A stretch of 64,000 nucleotides of DNA, taken from positions 1-64,000 of the forward strand of contig NMRA01000355.1 in assembly GCA_002633005.1 (NCBI GenBank), written 5' to 3'. The translations under genes and the position numbers were made by a program. The notes under the pieces were generated by a model, which made no database searches, was not told the DNA's origin, and worked only from the letters and a program-made list of their open reading frames with translations. The stretch's first letter is position 1; the number at the start of each line of letters is the position of its first letter. Below are positions 13,101 through 24,053 of the stretch, in pieces. This DNA is from Phoronis australis (taxonomy: Eukaryota; Animalia; Phoronida).

Positions 13101-14389
13101 TAGTTAATGAACACCACATGTTCTATTTACGAGTTAATTGCAATGAAACTAGTTCACCACCCGATTTAGAAAAGATTAATATAGTGGTATACCGTAGTTG
13201 ATGAATCACACATAGAGAGCGTTCCGTGAGCCTAGTTTCTCGCGCGAGAAACAAGATCTCGCAAGATCACGCCACTGAAAAGCGAGTGTTTCGGGAGTAT
13301 ACTCGAAAGCTTCATAGCCTGCCCTTGCAAAATGGCGGCCACTAAGTGTGGAGTGTTGGATTATGGGCCTGACATATGTGTAGATGTTTTGCCGCGAGTG
13401 CAATCTTCGAAACTCAACAACGAATGCATTAAATTCTGGTCACAATTTGGGTAACCGCGACGGCTTTCCTAAAACGGACCATATCAAGTCTGTGATCCAT
13501 GCTTCCAGGATCTCAGTGTGGCCTCAATACTCAATCCCAAGGCCCATTTACCCTCTAGGTTCGTGGTTTTAGGTTTTAGAAATGCGTCGGTTTTACTTAA
13601 GTGTTTCGTACAAAGGCACGTGCACCTCAATTCGAATAACGGACTTAGATTTAGTATAGACTGTGCGCATGTAAAACTTTTCTGATGACGGCACACAAAC
13701 CTTTCACTTCGTTTAGTGACGAGTTGAATTTGGTGTTGTCTGTTTGGATCAAATTTGAATACGAACTCTGAAAACGTTATCATTAGAGTCCGTACTAAGA
13801 CCATTTAAGATTTGGGATTATTACAAAAAAATATGCCAAGAGTGAATTAGCTGAGTACTATTTGTTCTCTTGATCATATGGTTGATCAGCGCTTATGTGT
13901 GATTGACCGACAATTCGCCTTTGATGGTAAGTATTGCATGTGTTGTCGAGTTAATCCTCCTTTCTGTTTTGAGCAACTAGTCATCTACCGATAGGACATT
14001 TGGGGTCACATTCAATCCCTTTAGCAAATGTAAAAAGCGACACCTCATTTGATTAGTACCGGATTACGATAATTCGAACCTTAATAAAACGTAAGAGGAA
14101 ATTCGTTTGAATTGATCCTATGGTAGTGTTTACTATGTTAGTCTGCTTTTGAAGCGGTGTTGGCAAGTACGAGTAGCTTTGCAAAAAAATCTCTCCTGCT
14201 TAACCATAAGTATTCCGTTGACCACGTTTCTTGCGAGATCACGCAAAATCACACGATTGAAATATGGTCGAGACCTTACATGTAGTAACTTATCCTATGA
14301 GCTTAATGGCGGCCACTGAAATGGTTAGTCGGTGAGGTTGGAACGTACGTTGTTTTATGGTATTGAATTCAAAGCTATCGTTTTACTCT

Positions 14390-14670
14390 TGGTAGTGTCA
14401 GCTGCAGCTACCAGTGGGACGACTAGCTCTGCTAGTGTTACTGCTTTCACTGGCTATATTGCTGCAACTACAGCAACCGCCACTTCTGCTGCTGATACTG
14501 CTGCAGGCGACTAAAGCTACCGCTATTGCTGCTGCTCCTGTCAGCGCCACTGCTACTGTAAATGTTACAAACATTGGTGTAGCTGCCGCTGCTACTACTA
14601 CCGCTTATTTACACTGCTTCTGTTACTTATACTGCTACTACTACCGCGACTGCTACTGCTGCTACTACTG
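14390..14670. repeat. Degenerate (CTG/CTA)n trinucleotide tract
   Basis: Runs of gct/act/gct; yields Ala/Thr- and Cys/Tyr-rich pseudo-ORFs. Confidence 0.85.
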
Positions 14671-17600
14671 ATTCTGTCGAGGTAGTCCAAGTTCCTACCC
14701 CTACGCGACAGCACGTTTGACCCGTATAAAATAATGGAAAAATAGTTAACGTGATTGTGGATGAAACGTAGTCACATTAAAGTAAAATATTGTGTTTGAT
14801 CAGGGGCAAATAAAACAATTTGAGCAATAGTCATTGTAGTTTCTTGATGTGCCCTGTGCTGGCGGAAACCTGACACGTTTAGATTTTTAATTGTGCCTTG
14901 AGTAGGCCTACGTAATTTCCACAGGCCTTTCCCCAACGGAAAATGCCCTCCTGAATAAGACTGCGTATCACTGTTTTGAAACATCATTAAAACTATTTTG
15001 ATGTCATCATTATTGGAAAAACTAAACGTGTTTGGTGTTAAGTATGCAAATTGTAAGCCGATAAACAGCGCCTCTCTTTCTTTACGTGGCAAAGACGGAT
15101 GATGTCAAACGAGCTTAAGACGACACGTCGTCCATAATAACGCTAAATGTTTTGAGTTGGGCGTAAATCAACGGGTTTTATGCAATTAAAGACATTAAGG
15201 CGGGGAAGATGGCCAATTTTGCTTAATAAACTCGAATTCTCTCTGGGAAATTAACTTATTAGGCTACACTTCAAATAAAATCGGAAGTGCCTCAGTACTT
15301 CACACAATCAAATATAGCTTGGTATTTACACTCTGTCTCGTTAGGCTCAAAATGAGTTGAATAAATTACAATGTTCAACGAAGAATTCCGATTATTAATC
15401 CTTAGCTTCTATGTACATAGCAATTCACCCGGTTGACTAAACATCTGAAACGTGACGTCACCGTTGATTGAAGTCGGATTCAACACCTGAGTCACTCACT
15501 ATCCGCCAGTCATTAAATTCTAACGATGTTAATACATGATTCAAAAACTAGTTATGACGTACATATGTAAACCTACATTGGCGACTATTACCGTATTTGA
15601 ATTAAAGCTTAACACAAATTATAGTTTTTTTCTTGTTTCTGAATGAAGTTCACGGTAAATACGTTTGATCGCTTAAGCTCACATTGAAAGTACCGTCTCC
15701 TAAGCCGGACACTCGCGTTGTCATGGTGATTTCTGTTCTAGAGGAAACGACCTTTCGTTTCAGAACAGGCCGTCACCGTGGCATACACGAGATAACCATA
15801 CACTTCTATAATTGCAGTTTCAGTAATAAATTGAGTCATGGTTCATTCGCAACACAAATGTAATTCAATGGATTTTTATCGACCCTGAGAACCCTATTTT
15901 GTGTCTCGGATACGATGTTGGTTTCGGCATTTCTCGAGTACGTACCAGCTTTTACCGTTTTTGGTGCATGATTTACGTCGTAAGCATGGGAGTAGAAGCG
16001 AAGTGATAACAGATGGCCATACTGTAAATGAAATGCGTGCACTCGTGAATTTACGATCTGGAGAGCATCGTGATACACCGGCTTAGATGTCAAAGTTACT
16101 GAATAGATGGAGGAAAGATGTCGCCCCTGTATTAACGACTCACCCTTTATGTCTTAGAGAAAATACAGGTTAGCTTGTTTTAACTAGCTCAGTGTTGTCG
16201 CCTCTAGGAATTGGGTTAATTCATAGTTCGTAAGGAGAGAAAGACGAGAAACGTCTAACAGTCTGTCTTAATACTCTTGAAGCTCTGGCCGCATATGCAG
16301 TGGCCCTGATAAAATTGCCATTTGACTTCTCAAAATGTATGTCACATACGGTGAACGGAGCTCGAGGTTGTTGACCACACATGTATTCGTCATGGTGTGG
16401 CTCAGTATACTAAATTTTTCCCAAACCAGCCGTATGTACATGTGATTCAATATGCGGTTTGCTATATACAAGAGTAGCATACATTACAAAACCAGCGTAC
16501 TAAAAATAAACAAAGTCTGTTTAAAAGATAGACATTCAAATTGTGTAGTTTTCTGTGTCAATTGTCGATTAGTCTCTGCGCAAAGTTCTTCAAAACATCG
16601 CTTGAGGAACTTAAATTTGTTAGCATTTTCGCTAGTCCTAGCATCATTCAGAGAATACGTACTGTATATGTTTCTAAGCAACCACCGTTGTGTTGGTTCT
16701 CAACAAAAAAATTGCGTTGTTGGCGGCGTAGTCGTCAAAAGCCTCAGTGATGTCGGGTACATCCGTAAGCAGTCTTGGTCATTCTGCCATCGATGTCGGC
16801 CTCCGTTTGTTGGTGCCGTGTATTTTGTAAGTTTCTTCATCGTCAGTTTCAATGTTTTCGGTGATGGTGGGATTAGCAGAGGTCCCCAGCTTCCTAAGAG
16901 TCGTTGTCGGCATTAACGTCAGTGTCGTAAAGTGTAGGCGTTTTCATTGTCGAAATCATTTCGCTTCACATGACTTGGCAGTCTCGTTGTCTTTGATGTT
17001 ATCTCCGTGAACACCATTGGTGTTCACGAACGAGGGTTGCCTTTGGACTGAAGTGACTTTATTTAAAGTTTAATTTAGTCCTACATTTCTGATCTTGAAA
17101 CCTAAATTTGTACCTCAGTTGCGAAAATGGATCAAAATTTTAAAGTTTCAACATAAATTAAAAATATGAGGGGTGAAATTTAACTTCGGTTATTCCATTT
17201 TACTGCCTGTGACCCTTCGCTAGGGAACTCGTAGTATTGACAACCGTTTTCAGTTATGTCCCCTCAGTGTTTTACTTATCTTTACCTTCAATAAAACTAG
17301 CTGGCTTATCAATTAGTAACCCATAAAATTAATGTCATGCCTCATTTACACCGCGCCTCGACCTTTTTCTGCGGCGTGCAGGGAATTTTTTACAACTGCG
17401 CTTGTCTCCTGGGGAAGTCAACTGTTTCTTAAATGGTATGTCTGTTTATATTGCCTTTCATTTGACTTGAAAATAATTAAATTTACTGTTTGTCGGTTGC
17501 AGTAGATTAGTTTCTCATGACGTGTAAAAAATCAATATCTCAAGAGAATTCCGAGTGTGTGTCGAGTACATACGTCTAACAGTTTCATAGAATGGGAGGC

Positions 17601-17863
17601 AGGTGCAAAGATTAGATATTCGTCCTAAAATACATGTCTATTTCGCCTGTAAACAGCTTCACCTTGAGCACGCAAGCATGATGGTCAACGCTCGGCCTTT
17701 CTGTAAGGCAACAAGCACGCCAGTGAACTGGGTACTAGTGCCAATCAAATGCGTCGTTTGAAAAGCATGGAGAGTTTACACGCTCTCGCCAGGTTAGGAG
17801 GCACTGAGCAGTTCTCACAGGGGTTTGCCTCTCAGAACACCGGCACTTCAATGGACTCTTCAA

Positions 17864-18190
17864 TCTGTCAAAAACTGCATGCAAATAAAGAAAAGTTTTG
17901 AGTCATTTTACATAACAAGCCCTACAGATGAGCACAGAACCTTTATTCGCTTTTGACCCTTTCACTCCCAGTGGAAACCAAGACAGACTAAAAAATAAGG
18001 GGAAGATGCAAAATCGGCACTTTTCACCCCAAAACCACCACTTTCTTGCCGATGCTCGACTAAAGCCAACATTAGATTTCGAAAGCAAATTTCCTACCGT
18101 TTTCAAAAATGTGGTCCAAATGTACTGTCAACGAACTACATGTAGTTTCTTTGCAAATCTGGCTTGTTTGAGGGCTACCTGAAATCGCAG
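17864..18190. repeat. Interspersed repeat; second copy at about 29257-29540
   Basis: ctgtcaaaa...gagtcattt.acat...gatgagcac and gaaagcaaatttcc...aaaaatgtggtccaaa are shared in the same orientation. Confidence 0.8.
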
Positions 18191-18861
18191 CCAATTTCTC
18201 ATTTGCTACACAGCAATGTACAATTGCAACTGGGGGCCACCATCTTGAACAAGAGTACAGCTACAGCCGAGAAAGAGGCCTTTTTATACTCAGCATGTTC
18301 ACAAATACAAAAAACCACATTCACTGAGCCTACGTGCTTTCTGACAAAATGTACCCAAGCTTAGCCTACCCAAAATTTTAACATTTTGGGAATGCAAATT
18401 GGCCGCGGCCGCTGTCTAACTGTTCAGTGCTACCTTAACAAAACGGAACTCATCCTGTTCGCCTTCAAATGCGATGTTACTCACGAGTGAAAGCTCGTGA
18501 GACTACGTCAGGCTAAACGAGAACAACACACGGATATTCTCACGCGTGAAACCTCGCGAGATCACGTCAGGCTAACCAGACAAAGATGCACTTCCTTTAC
18601 ATTCACCAGTTTAGAGTACAGGATGAGATTCGTCAGCCGATAAACATCACTAAAATATCATAATTTCACGCTGTTTGTGTTTTTGTCGCCTTGCTTTGTT
18701 TTTTAATGGGCAGAGTTTCCGCGGAAACTTTACCATGTGACATCAATTGGGAGTGGGCTCATAATGCATGTCAGCTGTCACTCTATTTCAGGTGGTGGTG
18801 CAACACAAAAAAAAGAAAATCAAGCTAAATTCATATTAAGTTCAGCTAAGTTTGACAGTAC

Positions 18862-18937
18862 TTGGAGTTGTGTTGATTCACCATTGCTGGACGCTTGAGT
18901 TTCGACTGAACTAACTTGTGTTAAAATCCTTTTTATG
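18862..18937. repeat. Short repeat fragment; related copy at about 43226-43301
   Basis: ttggagttgtgttga...gcttgag...taacttgtgttaaaatcc.ttttatga shared between the two sites. Confidence 0.6.
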
Positions 18938-19672
18938 ATGTTTTTTTTGAAATGTAGGGCCTAGTTAAAACTACATTGAAACGGAAAGTGTAATTAAACA
19001 AAACTTCTCAATTAACAGTTACCCCAGTAGACACGGCTTATGGTAAATAAGGCCCATGGGTCCAATAATATCATTAGTCCTCACTCACAAACACGAGTAA
19101 TCAACCGCGAAACAAGGCGTCGAACTCCGAAATAACGATCCGGGATTTCAGTTCAGAGTAAATACTTGATCGGTCCGTGAACCGAGTTGAGACAGGGGCA
19201 TATTTTTGGTTTTTTCGTCGGGTTTTGGGTGTCTGATGCTGTGTTTGGTGATTGGTATCCCGTGACGTGGTCAGAGAATAAGTATGGTTTTATTCAAATG
19301 GTTCGCGTTTAGGTGCATGAGTCTTAACCCGGACATAACCCGAATCTGATGCGCGTGGGACTAAATGCGTGCTTACAAGATAACAAATATGCAACTGCAA
19401 AATGAACCCTAACTTTTGACTTAGCTAGTTAACTGTCTTCCGACGTTGTCAGCAAATGGACTACGGTAGCTTGAGTCACAACAACGTTGGGTCGTATTAC
19501 ATTTTTATTTATAATAATGCATATCGAATACTTCATCAATGCCATTATATTGTTCACGATTTTAATTTTGTGAACTTGTATTTAATCAATATTCGGCCAA
19601 ACTACACAAGATCTGCATATCTGGATAACGAAGTTATGCCTTTCATTACAGCCCAGCCAACAGCAAACTGAC

Positions 19673-19932
19673 ATGGCAAGCTTTGAAATACCGGAAGGAC
19701 TTGGAGATTTATTAAAAGAATTCACGGTATCCGTCCTACGAGAGCGACCCGATGACATTTACGAGTACTCGGTAAATTATTTCACCCGAGTTCGCGACAC
19801 GCACAAGGCTCAGTCCGTGCCAATGTATATTATTGTGGACGACGATGACGAAGCAGGTGAACCGGAACCCGTACTACTGAAGAAGAAGAATCAGGAAAAC
19901 TATGGGAGAAGGAATTCTGTGTCGGCTGAGAG
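19673..19932 (+). CDS. PRKAR2: cAMP-dependent protein kinase type II regulatory subunit, coding exon 1 (D/D domain, linker, inhibitor site)
   Basis: FEIPEGLGDLLKEFTVSVLRERPDDIYEYSVNYF matches the RIIa dimerisation/docking domain; phosphorylatable RRNSV inhibitor site indicates type II; phase-2 donor AG|gtaagg at 19933; an upstream acceptor tttcattacag (19651) suggests an unlocated 5' UTR exon. Confidence 0.95.
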
Positions 19933-20389
19933 GTAAGGTGTTAGATATTTGCCATTGACGTGGTCACGAGCTAAGGTATTCTGTAAAAGGTTAAGCTCTG
20001 TTAGAGCGCCACCAATAGTGAAGGCTACCGCTGTGAAAGGATGGTGGGTGTTCGAGGCGCAGAATACATACAGTACCGTGAATAATACGCTTACAAGAAA
20101 GTCACGCATTTTTAAAGAGATGCGGGAATTTTCACCGCTCTTCCTTCTGAGCGGCTTTTACCAGGGTCAAAGAGAACGCGGCGCCTTGCTCGATGCGAGC
20201 AAGACCCAATTAAGTGTAATTTGACCAGACCATAAACTGTATTACACATCTCTGACTGTACATAATTACGAATTTTCAAAATGCATCAAACATTAGCTTT
20301 CGTTAAAAACGAACACCACGGCGGTATTCAGCTGGAAAAAGAACAACCAAGTACGGTTTTCGATGAACTAATAATCTGAAAACTACAAC

Positions 20390-20610
20390 CATTGGCATGC
20401 GTGCACCCAGCCTTTAATATGGGGGGCTCGAATCTCTGACAACGTGGACCTTTTGCTAACAAAAAAGTGGGATGACTAAAAAACGGGATACCACCTTCAG
20501 GTCTATGCATGGTGCGTCTGCGACTTTTTGGTGGACTTTTGTTTCGTTTTGTATGGCGTTTTGTTTCTCTTAGGCGGACCTTTTTGCCCACTTCGGCAAA
20601 TGGGGCCCTC
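20390..20610. repeat. Inverted partial copy of the 3915-4896 element inside the PRKAR2 intron
   Basis: Reverse complement reads ccccatttg...gggcaaaaaggtccgcct...gaaacaaaa...aaaagtccaccaaaaa, as in the dimer units. Confidence 0.75.
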
Positions 20611-21943
20611 GTTCGAGCCATGATTGGGTACGATTGAAGATAAACTACCGCGCGTATTGATATACTCGGTGGATATACAAACGGCGGTCAGAGTTAACAA
20701 TATCACATGGATTTGTTTTTCAATATTCTTTCAATATCGTTTAACCAGATTTTTGACCAGGAAACACTGTACTAAACTTGTGCCCACTTTAAATTTTCCT
20801 TACTGACAAATAGCTAGAATGGTTATATGGTCGGTGCCACCGAAATTGTCCAGAGATTCCAAATCTACAGTTTTGTTTTCACCATATTTGCACTTTTTTA
20901 TATACTTAATGATTTGGGTTCTAATAAAGATTAAACTTTAATGACACGTGAAATGTTTAGTGTACCTGTAATGTGGAAAGTTCAGAAATGGGCTCACAAT
21001 GAACTTAACTAATTATGTTTCGCAGGCGCTCAAAATCTACCACTGTTTTGGTACTTCAAGTTTGAAGCTTAGATAAAAAGTTATCAGCCCGTTCCCTGTA
21101 AGAAAAAACAAGTTTGTAGAAGCATTAAAAATTAAAGAACGAAAACCGATATCAAACATATCGTTCCTTTGGGAAGTGGCCCTTTGTGAAGATAAACACA
21201 AGTTAACCTTTTTAGTCGTTTTGTAATATTTATGATGTACCAAGTTAAAACTACTCTCTAGAGTTGCAGGCTGTAACAGCGCAAATGTCAGAGAAAACCA
21301 AAATTGGGGGTACTAACAACAACCATTGTTAAGACAGTAATGCTAGCTACCAACTTTCCACTTCATTAGCAAAGATCTACATCAATACAAAGGACGTGCT
21401 GAATAGGCATCGTCAAAATTGTCTGGAGCTAAGGCAATCTGAGCAGTGGCCAATGTAAGCGAGAAATTTTCCTCATGAAGTGTTTCACAAAAAAAGAACT
21501 TGTGTAGAATGCATTGATTAAATCTGGTCTTGCTGTCATAAAGACACTTCTTAATAGATAAAGCAGTATTCTTGACGTTTTATCAACACCAAACTGATAC
21601 TTTAAATGTAGCCTTGTGATTTTTGGGTTTTGTTAACACAAGCAGTAACTTACACAGCAAGAAACAATGTTTTGTACAGTAGCTGGTCTACAGAGTAAAA
21701 TGTAGGCCATGCTTCCCCGTTTAGCACACATTTTAGGAGTTTCCAACTTTGCTCAAAACTGTTGAGGGTTACAAAGAACTAGCTTTTTTGAAACCTTAAA
21801 GGGAATGTTGTTGTTAAGTGGATTTAGTGTTGTTTTAGAAAAGCGTGTTTTAGCATGTGATAGCATAGACCGATAAAACTGCATTCGACTCGAATGTGTT
21901 ACTAATGTGAACTCGTCGAACGGAATTGCCACCCAACCATCCA

Positions 21944-21945
<2 letters not shown>

Positions 21946-22020
<75 letters not shown>

Positions 22021-22045
22021 GAACGCACGCACGCACGCACACACA
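21946..22045. repeat. (CA)n microsatellite with CACG variants
   Basis: Directly visible cacaca run. Confidence 0.97.
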
Positions 22046-23221
22046 GGGAACACATTAAGCCAGTTACGCCATTAAAACGCAAGTAATAACATAATCCGTG
22101 TTGGCGAGTTACCACTCAATCCGATTAAGCTAATCCCGTTCGCCATTGATGTCGAGTTGGCTCGCGGGCGCGTGCCTCACGTGTTGTTCGGATGTCTAAT
22201 TTAATTAATACCCGTATCAGTCAGCAACCACTGACATTTTAGTGATGTAAATGCATTTTTGTTAATTATTCGATAGTGTACAACAGTAAAATGCACAACC
22301 CGTAATCCTAAAGCACTCAACAAATAAACCCTAGGCTAATATGTTGGTATCAAACGGCCCAAAAACTTTTTGAGGTTACTTCAAACAAATGACCTCAGTT
22401 ACAATGGGAGTTAGGAATATTAAAAAATTACAGTAAATTTCTCTTGGGAACGAAACAGACCAAACGTATTTATGTTTTGAGAAAGTGATGTCGGCGTCCG
22501 GGAATTGAATTTAATCAGCCAAATCTGAACTGTGTTCCGTAGAACTAAGACAATCGCAAGAAAAGCTTCATGAAGTATATGTATGATCGCAATATCTGCT
22601 CTAATACATGGCGATATCTCGCGTAGACTCAAAGTATCTTGCGTTTTCACATTTTTAGAGTCCACGGAACGCAAACCTGGACTCCTAAATTAAACATGTG
22701 ACTGAGAAACCCCAGAAATCCTCCTGTGACAAACGAATGACGACCTCATAAATTTTTAGTTGAACGTTTTGTAAACAGATAATCATCCGTAGTCCAAACG
22801 TATTCCCAAAAGATGCTGTTTTAATACGCCACATTTTTCCAACAGTTATGATATTAATGTGTTTATACAATTATAGTTGCTTAATTTGAATGACACTAAT
22901 CTTATTCAATATATTGACTTCCACCGACGTCTCTGTGTTGATTTTAGAACTCAAAAATGTGATTGTGGCTTCCGCCTCACCACTGTCATTGTCGCATTCC
23001 TGTAGTTATGGACAAATACTTCGAGTTTGTATTCAAGTAAAACGGAAAATTAAAAAATCATTTTCGAATTCCATTTAGCTTAGCCCAAATTTGGGAACTA
23101 ACTTACATAGTGTTACGGGTTTAAGCCTTAAGTCAGTTTTTATGAAGCGAGTCTCAGTTTCATAATTCCATAAAATTAACAAATCAATTACTGTATCAAT
23201 CTCTGTTCATGACCTTCCCAG

Positions 23222-24053
23222 GTACAACCCCGAAGAAGATGACGAAGAAGAAGAGCGAACAGTTTACCCTAAGACAGACGAGCAGCGACAGCGTCTTTTG
23301 GAAGCAGTTGGCGGTATTCTACTTTTCCGAAGCCTCGATTCCGATCAGGTTCAAGAGGTGATCGACGCCATGTTCGAAAAAGCAGTTCAGCCAAATGAAA
23401 TTGTCATCAGGCAGGGAGACGATGGGGATAATTTTTATGTTATCGACACCGGAGTTTACAACGTACTGGTAACCATAAACGGAGAAAACAAAAGAGTCCA
23501 TCAATTCGACAATAAGGGAAGTTTTGGAGAACTTGCCCTGATGTATAATATGCCGAGATCGGCTACAATTGAGGCGAGTAGCGCGGGAACGCTTTGGGCT
23601 ATGGACCGTAATTCATTTCGTAGAATTGTAGTCAAGAGTGCCTTCAAGAAACGTAAAATGTACGAGAAAATTTTGGAAACAGTGCCCATGTTAGAATCTC
23701 TGAGTGACTATGAGCGAATGAATCTCGCCGACGCGTTAACACCGAAATTATTTCAAACTGGCGACAAAGTTATTATAGAAGGTGACGATGCAGACGGGAT
23801 GTACTTCATCGAAGACGGAGTCGTACGTGTGACCATCACGAAGAGCGGAAAAGAGATTGAAGTGTCCAAAATGTCCAAAGGACAATATTTTGGAGAGATG
23901 GCACTTGTAGAAAACAAGCCGCGGTCGGCAAGCATTTATGCAGAGAATAAAGTCAAGTGCGCTTTCCTTGATAGAGAAGCGTTTGAGAGATTACTTGGCC
24001 CATGTTTAGATATCATGAAACGTAACATGGAAGGTTATCAGAGGGCATCTTAA
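23222..24053 (+). CDS. PRKAR2: PKA type II regulatory subunit, coding exon 2 (CNB-A and CNB-B); spliced protein 363 aa
   Basis: Acceptor ccttcccag|G completes the AGG codon, giving SAERYNPEEDDEEEERTVYPKTDEQRQRL; two phosphate-binding cassettes FGELALMYNMPRSATI and FGEMALVENKPRSASI; FERLLGPC..IMKRN...Y C-helix; TAA stop. 260+832=1092 nt. Confidence 0.97.

Noticed and set aside
14332-14671. Ala/Thr-rich, signal-peptide-like ORFs resembling antifreeze or mucin proteins
   Set aside because: They arise from a decayed CTG/CTA repeat; non-ATG starts and frame-switching composition.
23298-24053. Stand-alone 251-aa CNB protein as given in the ORF track
   Set aside because: The listed start is an internal TTG; the frame is exon 2 of PRKAR2 beginning at 23222.
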